A DNA stretch of 64,000 nucleotides from Eubacteriales bacterium (lineage in GTDB: Bacteria > Bacillota > Clostridia > Oscillospirales > CAG-272). The DNA lies in NCBI GenBank assembly GCA_045644805.1, contig JAZRHO010000026.1, positions 1,483 to 65,482 on the forward strand. Direction: 5' to 3'. Position numbers and translations under genes: made by a program. Shown here piece after piece: positions 35,528 to 46,500 of this stretch (position 1 is the stretch's first letter; every line of letters starts with the position of its first letter). The notes beneath the pieces were generated by a model. That model had not been told where the DNA came from. It did not search any database and saw only the letters and a list, made by a program, of their open reading frames with translations.

Positions 35528-36622
35528 ATGAAAAACACTTTTGGAAACAATCTTACAGTGACACTTTTCGGAGAAAGCCACGGCCCGGCGATAGGATGTG
35601 TTATCGACGGTCTGGCACCGGGAATTAAAATTGATTTTGAATATATAAGGCTCTGCTTGGCACAGCGTCAAGCAAGAGGTGATATTTCAACGCCAAGGCA
35701 TGAAGCGGATGAGCCGGAATTCATTTCCGGTGTAAAAAACGGTGTTACTGAAGGTACACCTGTTTGCTTGCTTATACGCAATGCGAATACAAAGAGCGAG
35801 TCATATTCGCCATACGAAAATACCCCTCGCCCCTCGCATGCAGATTATACCGCAGAGTGCAAGTATCACGGCTTCCAGGACAAGTCCGGTGGCGGTCATT
35901 TTTCCGGCAGAATAACCGCGCCGATAGTTGCGGCAGGTGCGCTTGTCAGACGCGCTCTTTCGGACAGAGGTATTGAAATAGCAACTCATATTAAATCTCT
36001 TCATGGCATAAATGACCGTGATTTCGAGAATTACAAAGAGGATGCAGAAAAGCTTATGCAAGAATATTTCCCTGCTTTGGATGACACCGCCGCAGAGAAA
36101 ATGAAAAAAGAAATCCTTCTTGCAAGAGAGGATAAAGACAGTGTAGGAGGCGTTCTTGAGACGGTTATCACTAACTTCCCCAAAGGAGTGGGTGAACCTT
36201 GGTTTGACACGGTTGAGGGGGTAATTTCCCATGCGATGTTCTCTATCCCAGGTGTTAAGGGTATAGAATTCGGAGCCGGATTTGAAATAGCAAAAATGCG
36301 CGGTAGCGAAGCCAATGACCCTTATCGTATTGAAAACGGAGAGATTGTTACCGAAAGAAACTCAAACGGCGGTATAAATGGCGGAATTACTAACGGTATG
36401 CCTATAATTTTCAGACTTGCCGTAAAGCCTACGCCTTCTATTGCGAGGCAACAGAATACAGTTGATATGAAAACGCTTGAAAATGCAACGATAAGCATAA
36501 CAGGCCGCCACGACCCTGCGATAATTCACAGAGCAAGAGCCGTGGTAGACGCTATGTGCGCTTTATCTGTCGCAGACCTTCTCGTTACGCGTTACGGAAC
36601 AGATTATCTCGGAGGGGAGTGA
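35528..36622 (+). CDS. aroC: Chorismate synthase
   Basis: TLFGESHGPAIGCVIDGLAPG, RPSHADY and GGHFSGR signatures. The ATG at 35528 has a GAGG RBS. Confidence 0.95.
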   Translation: MKNTFGNNLTVTLFGESHGPAIGCVIDGLAPGIKIDFEYIRLCLAQRQARGDISTPRHEADEPEFISGVKNGVTEGTPVCLLIRNANTKSESYSPYENTPRPSHADYTAECKYHGFQDKSGGGHFSGRITAPIVAAGALVRRALSDRGIEIATHIKSLHGINDRDFENYKEDAEKLMQEYFPALDDTAAEKMKKEILLAREDKDSVGGVLETVITNFPKGVGEPWFDTVEGVISHAMFSIPGVKGIEFGAGFEIAKMRGSEANDPYRIENGEIVTERNSNGGINGGITNGMPIIFRLAVKPTPSIARQQNTVDMKTLENATISITGRHDPAIIHRARAVVDAMCALSVADLLVTRYGTDYLGGE

Positions 36623-36629
36623 CTTGCCG

Positions 36630-37880
36630 ATGAAATACGGTTGCATCGGAGAGCATCTTAAGCACAGCTTTTCAAAAGAAATTCACGCTCTTATTGCAGA
36701 CTACGATTACGTAATAAACGAAATACCTAAGGATGATGTTGACGCTTTCATGAAAAATGCCGATTTCGCGGCTATCAACGTCACTATTCCTTACAAAGAA
36801 ACGGTAATTCCTTATCTCTATCATATTGACGAAGGAGCAAGGCTTATCGGAGCTGTAAACACTATCGTCAACCGCGGCGGAAAGCTTTTTGGATATAATA
36901 CCGATTTTTACGGTATGAGCATGCTTGCCTCTCGCATAGGTATATCCTTCGAGGGAAAGAAGGTTCTTATCCTAGGCACAGGCGGAACGTCAAAAACAGC
37001 ACATGCTGTGGCTAAGGCTAACGGAGCAAAAGAAATTATTAAAGTCTCAAGAAAAGAGGGCAACGAGTCGATTTTGTACACCGATGTTTACAAATATCAT
37101 ACTGATGCTCATATCATAATTAATACCACGCCCGTCGGAATGTTTCCCAATATTTGCAATAAACCTATCGAACTTAGAAGATTTCCAAATCTCATAGGAG
37201 TTATTGACGCGGTTTACAATCCACTGAGAACGCCTCTTATTCTGGAAGCAAAAGAACTTGGAATACCCGCTGATGGCGGACTCTATATGCTCGTTGCGCA
37301 AGGCGTAAGGGCATCGGAGATATTCCTTGACACCAAGTATGATGATACGCTTCTTGACGAGGTATATTCAAAAATCGAAAAGCAGAAGGAAAATATCGTT
37401 CTTATCGGTATGCCTGCTTCGGGTAAAAGCACTATAGGCAAGATAATAGCAGACAAGCTTTCCCGCAAGCTTTTGGACACAGACAGTGAAATTGAGAAAA
37501 ACACGCAAAAAACTATTCCTGATATTTTCCGCGAAAGCGGTGAGAATGCTTTCCGCGATTTGGAAAGCGATACTGTAAATGAGGTCTCAAAGTTAAGCGC
37601 GGTGGTAATTTCAACGGGCGGAGGCGCAGTTCTACGAAAGGAAAATACGCACTCGCTTCGCAAAAACGGAAGAATATATTTTCTCGACAGGTCGCCTGAG
37701 CTCCTGATTCCCACTTCTGACAGGCCTACCGCGGGAACTCGTGACGCTATAATGAAGCGCTACACCGAAAGAATAGATATTTACCGCTCTTCTGCAGATG
37801 TAATTATAGACGGCAATCTTACGCCGGAGGCAGTAGCACAAAAAATACTTGAAGATTTCCTTTCTAAGGAGCACTTATGA
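36630..37880 (+). CDS. aroE-aroK: Fused shikimate dehydrogenase / shikimate kinase
   Basis: N-terminal SFSKEIH and NVTIPYKE (AroE). The C-terminal ~165 aa carry the Walker A motif GMPASGKSTIGK and STGGGAVL (AroK). Confidence 0.9.
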   Translation: MKYGCIGEHLKHSFSKEIHALIADYDYVINEIPKDDVDAFMKNADFAAINVTIPYKETVIPYLYHIDEGARLIGAVNTIVNRGGKLFGYNTDFYGMSMLASRIGISFEGKKVLILGTGGTSKTAHAVAKANGAKEIIKVSRKEGNESILYTDVYKYHTDAHIIINTTPVGMFPNICNKPIELRRFPNLIGVIDAVYNPLRTPLILEAKELGIPADGGLYMLVAQGVRASEIFLDTKYDDTLLDEVYSKIEKQKENIVLIGMPASGKSTIGKIIADKLSRKLLDTDSEIEKNTQKTIPDIFRESGENAFRDLESDTVNEVSKLSAVVISTGGGAVLRKENTHSLRKNGRIYFLDRSPELLIPTSDRPTAGTRDAIMKRYTERIDIYRSSADVIIDGNLTPEAVAQKILEDFLSKEHL

Positions 37881-38323
37881 AGCTATATATAATAAACGGT
37901 CCTAACTTGAACATGCTCGGAATACGCGAGCCAAACAAGTACGGAACACAAAATTATGATTCCCTTTGCAAAATGATTAAGGAACACTGCGAAAGCCGCG
38001 GTGTCGATACGGTTTTTTATCAATCAAATCACGAGGGGGACCTCGTCGATAAAATACAGGAAGCATACTACCAAAATGCTGACGGAATAGTTATAAATCC
38101 CGGTGCATATACGCATACGAGTATAGCACTGCTTGATGCCGTTCTCTCGACATGTCTTCCCTGCGTTGAGGTTCATATATCAAAGGTTGAAGAGCGAGAG
38201 GATTTCAGGCAGGTAAGCTACATAAGACAAGCTTGCGTAAAGACAATTACCGGCAAAGGCTTTGCGGGATATATCGAAGCCTGCGATATACTCATAGGAG
38301 GCAAAATTGAAGGTCGAAATTAA
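37877..38323 (+). CDS. aroQ: Type II 3-dehydroquinate dehydratase
   Basis: NGPNLNMLGIREPNKYG and INPGAYTHTSIAL. ATGA overlap with the preceding stop. Confidence 0.93.
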   Translation: MKLYIINGPNLNMLGIREPNKYGTQNYDSLCKMIKEHCESRGVDTVFYQSNHEGDLVDKIQEAYYQNADGIVINPGAYTHTSIALLDAVLSTCLPCVEVHISKVEEREDFRQVSYIRQACVKTITGKGFAGYIEACDILIGGKIEGRN

Positions 38324-39518
38324 AAAAAGCCGTGCCAACGGAAAGGTTTACGCTCCCACCTCTAAAAGCATGGCACACAGACTTCTTATTTGCGCCGCAT
38401 TGAGTGATAGCAAAAGCGTAATCAGAGGAATTACTCCTTGCGAGGACGTTCTGGCAACGGTAGATGTCCTTTCAGCGCTTGGCGCTAAAATTTCACATAA
38501 AGATGATATTTACACCGTCGAAGGCTGTAATATGAGGACCACCTCCGCGCGCGACACTCTGTTTTGCCGTGAAAGCGGAAGCACTCTTCGATTTATTATA
38601 CCTCTCGCTTCTCTTTCAGGAAATGAGATTACCGTATCGGGAGCTCCATCTCTTATGAGCAGACCTATGGGAGTTTACGAATCCATATTCAATGAACGAG
38701 GTCTTTTATTCGATAAAAGAGACGGTAAAATAACTCTGCACGGATCGCTTACCGCAGGAGAATATACCGTAAGAGGTGATATAAGCAGCCAATTTATATC
38801 GGGTCTCCTTTTTGCGTTACCACTTCTTGATGGCAACAGTGTTATACACATTATACCTCCGTTTGAAAGCAGATCGTATATAGATTTAACTCTCTTGGCG
38901 CTTAAGCATTTCGGAGTATATGCAGAGATGCCGGATGATAGGACTATCAAGATAAACGGAAACCAAAAATACAAATCGGGTGACTTCACAGTGGAGGGTG
39001 ACTATTCCGGTGCTGCGTTCTTAGATGCTTTAAACGCAATCGGGTCTTCGGTTGAGGTACTCGGACTTTCGGAAAATTCCGCGCAGGGAGATAAGGTTTA
39101 TAGAAATTTCTATCCTCTTCTTAAAGAAAGCACACCCAAAATAGACATAGAAAACTGCCCGGATCTCGGTCCTATTCTCTTTACACTAGCTGCGGCTTTT
39201 AACGGTGCGGAATTTACAGGAACAAAGAGACTTAAGATCAAAGAAAGCGACAGAGCTGCTACAATGGCAAAAGAATTAAAAAAATTCGGTGCTGATATAG
39301 AGATTTTTGAAAATTCTGTACTCGTAAGAAAAGCAAATTTGCACGCTCCAAAGGAAACCCTTTGCGGGCATAACGACCATAGAGTGGTAATGTCTCTTTC
39401 CGTACTTCTCACGCTCTTCGGCGGTACGATAGACGGCGCGGAGGCAGTATGCAAAAGTTACCCTGATTTCTTCCGCGATATGAAGAAGCTCGGTGTGGAG
39501 GCAACAATTTATGACTGA
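38307..39518 (+). CDS. aroA: 3-phosphoshikimate 1-carboxyvinyltransferase (EPSP synthase)
   Basis: KSMAHRLLICAAL, LFCRESGSTLRF and HNDHRVVMSL blocks. TTG start with a GGAGG RBS. Confidence 0.93.
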   Translation: MKVEIKKSRANGKVYAPTSKSMAHRLLICAALSDSKSVIRGITPCEDVLATVDVLSALGAKISHKDDIYTVEGCNMRTTSARDTLFCRESGSTLRFIIPLASLSGNEITVSGAPSLMSRPMGVYESIFNERGLLFDKRDGKITLHGSLTAGEYTVRGDISSQFISGLLFALPLLDGNSVIHIIPPFESRSYIDLTLLALKHFGVYAEMPDDRTIKINGNQKYKSGDFTVEGDYSGAAFLDALNAIGSSVEVLGLSENSAQGDKVYRNFYPLLKESTPKIDIENCPDLGPILFTLAAAFNGAEFTGTKRLKIKESDRAATMAKELKKFGADIEIFENSVLVRKANLHAPKETLCGHNDHRVVMSLSVLLTLFGGTIDGAEAVCKSYPDFFRDMKKLGVEATIYD

Positions 39519-40380
39519 GCTTACCAAAGATACTAAAATACTCATTGTCGGTCTTGGAGTTATCGGCGGAGGATATGCAAAAGCCTTGACCTATGCCGGC
39601 TATAAGCACATACGCTGTATTACAAAAAATCCTGCAGACGTCGATTATGCGATAGCGCACGGAATAATAGAATACGGTACTACAAATATTGAGAAGGACC
39701 TTATCCAAGACTCCGAGCTTATCATTTTTGCTCTTTATCCGCATATATTCAAGGACTGGATTAAGAGTCATCAAAGCCTATTCTCAAATGGCACTCTGAT
39801 AACCGACGTTACCGGTGTAAAAAGCGGAATAGTTAACGAAGTTCAAGCTATACTGAGAGAAGACGTTGAATTCATATCCTCACACCCTATGGCAGGACGT
39901 GAAAAAAGCGGCGTTGAATACAGTAATGCCGAAGTTTTCAGAGGAGCGAATTATATTGTAGTTCCAACAGAGAAAAACACCGAAAATGCTATACACATAT
40001 GTAAAAAGCTCGGAGAAGAGTTGGGATTTGGAAAAATCAGCATACTGTCGGTCGACGAGCACGATAAAATGATAGCATTTCTATCTCAGCTTACTCACTG
40101 TATAGCAGTTGTGCTTATGAATACAAATACTAAACCTGGACTCGAAAAATATACGGGCGACTCCTTCAGAGACCTTACACGTATAGCAAAAATCAACGAC
40201 TTGATGTGGAGCGAGCTTTTCTTGCTAAACAAAGATGCTCTTCTTCATGAAATAGATGCTTTTATTGACAAATTCAGCGAATTTCGCGAAATGATAGCAA
40301 ACTCTGACACCGATAATATGCGTCACGAGATGCGTCAGGCAAGCGAACGAAGAGAATTGTTTGACAAACCTAAAAACTAA
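39511..40380 (+). CDS. tyrA: Prephenate dehydrogenase
   Basis: IVGLGVIGGGYAKAL Rossmann motif and SHPMAGRE. The ATG at 39511 has a GGAGG RBS and overlaps the aroA stop. Confidence 0.9.
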   Translation: MTELTKDTKILIVGLGVIGGGYAKALTYAGYKHIRCITKNPADVDYAIAHGIIEYGTTNIEKDLIQDSELIIFALYPHIFKDWIKSHQSLFSNGTLITDVTGVKSGIVNEVQAILREDVEFISSHPMAGREKSGVEYSNAEVFRGANYIVVPTEKNTENAIHICKKLGEELGFGKISILSVDEHDKMIAFLSQLTHCIAVVLMNTNTKPGLEKYTGDSFRDLTRIAKINDLMWSELFLLNKDALLHEIDAFIDKFSEFREMIANSDTDNMRHEMRQASERRELFDKPKN

Positions 40381-40397
40381 AAAAGAGGCAATATATT

Positions 40398-41429
40398 ATG
40401 AACATGCAATTTTACCGCAAGCTACCTATTCCAATGGAAATTAAGGAGCAGTTCCCCGCTTCCGCTGAGATAAAGGCAACAAGAGATAAATGCGTTGCTG
40501 AAATGAAAGACATCTTTGCGGGCAAAAGCGACAAATTTATTTTGGTTATAGGTCCATGCTCTGCAGATAACGAAGACTCAGTCCTTGATTATATCTACCG
40601 TCTCAGAGGCGTTCAGGACAAGGTATCCGATAAGATCTTTATTGTTCCAAGAATTTATACAAACAAACCGAGAACAACGGGAGAAGGATACAAAGGTATG
40701 CTTCATCAGCCCGACCCTAACGCAGATCCAGATCTTCTTAAAGGTATAGTAGCTATAAGAAAGCTTCATATGCGTGCAATTTCAGAGACAGGCTTCGGAT
40801 GCGCCGACGAAATGCTTTACCCCGAAAATCACAGATATCTTTCCGATCTTCTTGCTTACGTTGCGATTGGAGCACGTTCGGTTGAAGATCAGCAACACAG
40901 ACTTACAGCCAGCGGACTTGATATCCCTGTAGGCATGAAAAATCCTACCGGTGGAGATATATCCGTAATGATGAACTCCATAAAAGCAGCTCAATGCTCT
41001 CACGTATTCTGCTATCGCGGATGGGAAGTCAAGAGCGCGGGAAATCCTTATGCTCACGCAATACTTCGCGGATACGTTGACAAGCACGGCAAATCACATC
41101 CCAATTATCACTATGAAGACGTTGCGGGACTTTGCGAAATTTACGCTGCTTCTTCTCTTGAAAATCCTGCTTGTATAATAGATACAAACCACTCAAATTC
41201 CGGAAAGAAATATCTTGAGCAAGTCAGAATAGCAAAAGAAATTCTTCAAAGCCGTAACTATAACCCAGACGTCAAGAAGATGGTAAAAGGTCTTATGATT
41301 GAAAGCTATATCGAAGACGGCTGTCAAAAAATATCCACAGAAGAGGTTTACGGTAAATCTATAACAGACCCCTGCCTTGGTTGGGAGAAAACCGAGAGAA
41401 TGATTTACGATATTGCAGAAATGCTTTAA
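40398..41429 (+). CDS. aroG: 3-deoxy-7-phosphoheptulonate (DAHP) synthase, type I
   Basis: GPCSADNED, KPRTTGEGYKGMLHQPDP and IDTNHSNSGK blocks. Confidence 0.92.
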   Translation: MNMQFYRKLPIPMEIKEQFPASAEIKATRDKCVAEMKDIFAGKSDKFILVIGPCSADNEDSVLDYIYRLRGVQDKVSDKIFIVPRIYTNKPRTTGEGYKGMLHQPDPNADPDLLKGIVAIRKLHMRAISETGFGCADEMLYPENHRYLSDLLAYVAIGARSVEDQQHRLTASGLDIPVGMKNPTGGDISVMMNSIKAAQCSHVFCYRGWEVKSAGNPYAHAILRGYVDKHGKSHPNYHYEDVAGLCEIYAASSLENPACIIDTNHSNSGKKYLEQVRIAKEILQSRNYNPDVKKMVKGLMIESYIEDGCQKISTEEVYGKSITDPCLGWEKTERMIYDIAEML

Positions 41430-41446
41430 TATTTTTGACAAATATA

Positions 41447-41490
41447 AAAACCGAGTTCAAAATTCGAACTCGGTTTTCTTTTTATTTTTA
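41447..41490. terminator. Bidirectional terminator between the aro operon and the ABC operon
   Basis: aaaaccgagttc (41447-41458) / gaactcggtttt (41466-41477) is a 12-bp perfect stem with a 7-nt loop, followed by ctttttattttt. Confidence 0.8.
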
Positions 41491-41492
41491 TC

Positions 41493-42542
41493 TTAGCCTA
41501 CAAGACCTGAACGTTCAATACCTTGAACAAGATATTTCTGACAGAACAGATATAAAACAATCAACGGAGCGATAATAAGCATACCCGCGGTATTTTGAAT
41601 AACGTTCCTGTAAAGAGACCAACCGGCAAATTTGTCATACTGACTCAGTGTACGAGGCGGTGACAGATAAACGTCCGGCATAAGATAGAACTCTGAGCCT
41701 TTCGTCCAGAACATTCCCGTATAGAACTCATCAGTCCACTGCCATGAGAACGAGAAGAGGAATACTGTTATCATCATGGGAATTGAGAGAGGAAGGATTA
41801 TCTGGAAGAAGGTACGGAATACACCTGAACCGTCAACATAGGCTGACTCTTCAAGCTCATCGGGAACGCCCTTAAAGAACTGCCTCATAAGATAGATATA
41901 AAGACCGTTCTTAAAAGCAAGACCGCATATCGACAATATGATAAGAGGCCACATTGTATCCACAAGCTCTAAGGAATCACCAAAGATCAATGCAATCGGT
42001 CCCTTATATCCCCATGCTTGAACCGTCAGAATATCGAAGTTAACGAAGTGATCCTGGAAGGCAAGCTTCAAGGTTCTGTGAGGAATAATCATAGAAATGA
42101 CAACTACTATCATTATAAGCGAATTACCCTTGAACTTAAACTTTGCAAGTCCGTAGCCTATAAGGCAGGCAACGAGAGTTTGAATGAGCGCGCAAAGCAA
42201 CGAAAGAAGCGCGGTGTTCCAAAGAGCCTCAAAGTAATGGTTTTCGATTATAATATACTTGTAAGTGTCAAGTGTAAAATGCTTAGGAATAAGCGATACA
42301 GTTGCATCGATAACATCTTCCTTTGTCATGAATGAACCTGCAATTCTTGCAAAGAAAGGATAAAGAATTACGTAAGAAACACCAAGCATCATAATAAATC
42401 TGAAGATGTTTATGATAACTGTGATCCATGTATGCGAGGACTTAAGCTTACTTAGCATTCTTTCTTTCAAGGAGAGCTTACCTTCGTAGTCAACATGTAT
42501 TGAATTTTTGGTTTCTTTTACTGTATAAGCATTGTTTTCCAT
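41493..42542 (-). CDS. Carbohydrate ABC transporter permease (MalG/LplC-like), pair 2
   Basis: Six-TM profile and the EAA-loop variant EESAYVDGSGVFRTFFQIILPL. GGAGG RBS. Confidence 0.88.
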   Translation of the reverse strand: MENNAYTVKETKNSIHVDYEGKLSLKERMLSKLKSSHTWITVIINIFRFIMMLGVSYVILYPFFARIAGSFMTKEDVIDATVSLIPKHFTLDTYKYIIIENHYFEALWNTALLSLLCALIQTLVACLIGYGLAKFKFKGNSLIMIVVVISMIIPHRTLKLAFQDHFVNFDILTVQAWGYKGPIALIFGDSLELVDTMWPLIILSICGLAFKNGLYIYLMRQFFKGVPDELEESAYVDGSGVFRTFFQIILPLSIPMMITVFLFSFSWQWTDEFYTGMFWTKGSEFYLMPDVYLSPPRTLSQYDKFAGWSLYRNVIQNTAGMLIIAPLIVLYLFCQKYLVQGIERSGLVG

Positions 42543-42556
42543 GTTAATCTACCTCC

Positions 42557-43558
42557 TTAATCTCTTCTTTGATAGAATATAAACGTAGAAGCAATTGCCG
42601 CAACCGCTGCTATGATAAGCATAATGATCACGAAATATATCCATGACATTGCCGTAGCGCTATACGGATCTGCTCCATATGCGGTATTGATATACTTTAT
42701 CATAATATTCTGCGAACGTGTAAACGCGTCGATTATCGTATAAACAGTGTTTACAAGTATCATGGGCGAGATCATCGGGAAGGTTACCTTCCAGAAGGTT
42801 TCCCATCCTGTTGCACCGTCTATACGGCATGCTTCGTAAATCGACGGAGATATCGACTGAAGTCCTGCAAGGAATATCAACATCTGAACACCGGAGTAGT
42901 TTATGATGTTATAAACGTTGTTAACAAGATCAACAACGTATGCAACAAGCTCTCCGCCAACCTGCATATTCGCAAACAGCTTTTCTACGTCAAGAGTTGA
43001 TATGATCTGACTTGTGGTGTTTGAGCCTGAACCGTCATCAATACCATCCTGCGAAACGCCTGACATAATATCACCTGCGTTAATTGTTTCCATAATACCT
43101 GTTGAAACAATAACGGGAAGGAAGAATATTGCACGGAATGCCGCGCGACCAAGCATTTTCTGGTTAAGAACTACCGCTATAAACAGCGAGAATATTATAA
43201 CCGCAGGAACTTCAAATATAAGCTGCTGAATACCTGCAACAAGATTTGTTACAAATGTAGAGTTATTTGTAAATGCTTCAATATAATACTTAAATCCTAT
43301 AAATTCATACGTTGTCGGATTGGTCTTATATATCGGCTTACTCATACTGAACCATATTGAGTCAAGCAGAATAGGAAGATAGATAAAGAGCACTCCAATG
43401 ATAAAAGGAAGAACAAAGGCATATCCTGCACGAGCTTTTCTTGCATCAAGCGAAACCTTTTTGCGAGGCTTGAGAAGACCGTCATTGCCAAGCTCGCCTG
43501 AATCTATAACGGGAGCTGAAACACCGAGTCCTTCAGATGCATTAATATTTTCACTCAT
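42557..43558 (-). CDS. Sugar ABC transporter permease (MalF/LplB-like), pair 2
   Basis: EAA loop YEACRIDGATGWETFWKVTFPMISP. The start ATG overlaps the upstream stop as TAATG. Confidence 0.88.
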   Translation of the reverse strand: MSENINASEGLGVSAPVIDSGELGNDGLLKPRKKVSLDARKARAGYAFVLPFIIGVLFIYLPILLDSIWFSMSKPIYKTNPTTYEFIGFKYYIEAFTNNSTFVTNLVAGIQQLIFEVPAVIIFSLFIAVVLNQKMLGRAAFRAIFFLPVIVSTGIMETINAGDIMSGVSQDGIDDGSGSNTTSQIISTLDVEKLFANMQVGGELVAYVVDLVNNVYNIINYSGVQMLIFLAGLQSISPSIYEACRIDGATGWETFWKVTFPMISPMILVNTVYTIIDAFTRSQNIMIKYINTAYGADPYSATAMSWIYFVIIMLIIAAVAAIASTFIFYQRRD

Positions 43559-46500
43559 TACTCATTACCTCCTTCTGCTTTTATAGTTTGATACTCATAT
43601 TTGCCAAGAGTATAAATTTTTCCTCCAAGGTTAACGTCTACCGAGTAAATATTGTAGTTAAGTATGAACATTGTTCCGTCGGAATAGGTTACAAGCACTA
43701 TATTACCGATATCGCTTGTATAGTTAGTGTACTTGTAATCACTGCTGTCATCTGTTGCAAAAGAGTCGGTAACAAATGAATATTCGGATTCATAGCTGAT
43801 AGCATCAATAGTGACTGCCTTCTCATTAACTCCACCGTTTCCGTTATATTCATTTTCATATTTAGCTGCGACTTCGTCAAGGGATACACGTAGTAGCTCC
43901 CAGATTTCATCGGGGAGATTTATTCTCTGAGCCGTTTCATCATAAACGCAGTTAATTTCCTGAGCAAACCATTTAAGAAGCTTTTCGGTGTCAACGTTCA
44001 CCTTAAGCGCGCATCCCCATTGCTCTGAGGACTGCTTAAGTGCTTCATACTCATCGTGAACACGAGCGGAAATCAAAGCATCAAGCTCTTCAACGAATTC
44101 AGCTATAAGAAGTTTATAGTTCTCTTCCCATTCGGCAACTTCTATAACACGCTCGCCCTTAATAATTCTATGATCTGTTATCTTGCATTTCTGAAGACCG
44201 CCGATAGCACTGTTCAGCTCGCTATACGTAATAAGGATATTATCATGCCATGTGCTGTAATCTACTCCGTAGTATTCACTAAGGAGCTCGTCTTCCTTCA
44301 TGTGTCCTATATTGTCACTCTGGAAAGCAAGTATATAGTAGAGCGATGCGCCAGATTCGATAGCACGAAGTATATCGTAAGCTGTTGTACCTGAATAGTT
44401 TATCGGAGTTCCTGTATAATTTACAGAGCCGTGAAGTACCATGCCTACAAACGGAACAGTATAAGATGAGTATGCAAGATGGCTCGAATCAATATTTGCA
44501 TTGAGAATATGATCTGCATATTTAAGTGAGTAAGCATTTCCCTTATCAAGCATAATATCAAGGTTATCTGTGCCTGACATTTTTTCAAGAACAGCAGTTA
44601 CATAACCTTCAGCCTCATCGCGGTTGACAGGCTGCTTTTTATCAAAGTTAGAGTTCAAATCAGAACCGAGAGTAGATACCGAAATAGCACTGATTTCATA
44701 TTTCGAGTACTTCTTGATGAATTTAGAGTAAAGCTCCTCAAATGATTCCGGATTTACAACAAGTGAATAAAAGCTTTCATATTCCTGAAGAACGGAATTG
44801 TAAGATTGCTTCGATGCATAACGGTTATCAACCATTCGCGAAACATTGCCTTTAATTCTGATACCGTCGGATGCCGAGGTATTGTTTATGTATGAAAAAT
44901 CGAAATCGGGATATATGCCGAAGTTTGAGCCTTCTTTAGCGGATACAGATTCCGCCGTTTCAAGAAGGTTTCTAAGGCCCTTCTTTCCGCCACAGGCTCT
45001 GCTCCACTTGATCTTTGTGGGATAGGTGGAATAAAGACCGCCGTTAGCAAAACCGGTAAGACGGAAATTAATGTTGGTTATATTCTGTATCTGCGAAACA
45101 AGATCTCTGCAATCTTGAGCGGCAGCAGCATACTGAAGCTTTTCGTATTCTTCAGTTGACTCCGCGGCAAGCTTATCATACTCAGCAGCCTTCGCGGTAT
45201 ATATCTCTACTGCGCCCGAAAGCTCTTCATAGATAGTAGCTATATCCTCAAACTTTGTAAGAGGAATAGAAGTTTCTACAGGGAATGTAAGAATTTTCTT
45301 AACGATATCCATTGCTCCGAGAACTTCTATATAGAGAGGCATATCATCTGTTACCGTTTCAAGAGCGGAAAGCGTACCGTTTGCGTAAAGATAATCGCGG
45401 TAGTAGTTTACCATACCCATATAAGAAGAAACGTATCCCGATTTAACAGTATTATCAACCTTCTCATCTGTAAGCATAGCGTATCTTGTTACGTAAGATC
45501 CGTTATATTTCGATTCGGAAACTATTTTGTAAGAAACAGCACCTCCGACAGAAACTGTCTCGGAGAGGTCGTACTCATCAGCAGGGTAAGGAGTGTATGA
45601 GCAATATACATGACCAAATCTGTAAGTCAAACCGCCCATCACGAATTCGAGATTTGCAAGAGATGCTCCCTCTTCGATTATAGCGAAGTAACCGTTGGTT
45701 ACTCTTTCAACGCCGTATGCAAGTGATGTGCTGGCGTTCGCATCATCCTCGGTAACAAGACCGAAGACAGGCATTGTTATCTGCTCTCTATGCTCGCCCG
45801 TTATATTGGAATAACAGTAATCTGTTCCGTATACGGTTGCAGTAACGTGAGGCCTGCTTGATGCAAAATCCTCAAACTCCGAAACAGCTCCGCTTCCGTC
45901 AGGATAGAAGATGTATCCCTCCTCATTAAGATCGCCAGCACCAAAGTAAGGAAGCACAGAAACCGAATCAAGCGTATATACGGTTTCATCAAATGAAATC
46001 GAGCTTGCGGGAAGACGAACGCAGAGGCTTCCATCGCTATTGAAGCTATATTCAAGTGAACATGTGAAAACAGGCTTTTGCTGAGTTTTATCAACATATC
46101 CAAGCTCTTCCTCATCCTCAAGCATTTCTGACAAGGTATATGAGCCGCAATATTTACGGAAAAGATTCGATGCCTGACTCTTAACCGCATTGTCTTCTAT
46201 CTTTCTAAGCTCATAAACAGGTATGCCATAAACATCACTGGAAGTTTTAAGCGTGTAGTACGCCATTATTGTATTAATGTCCGTATGCAAAGCGCTGATG
46301 GCTTTATATCCTGCCGAGTTTTCAGGCAATTTCGAATATACGGTTTTCATTGCTGAGAGATATTTTCTCATGCCTGAGATGTAAAGATATCCATCCTTGT
46401 AGAGCTGAGAACTATATTCTTCATACTCAAACGGATTATATTCGCCGTTATAATCCGCACCGGCACAATGCTCTTCCATAAGAGAGCAGAGCTCCTGAAG

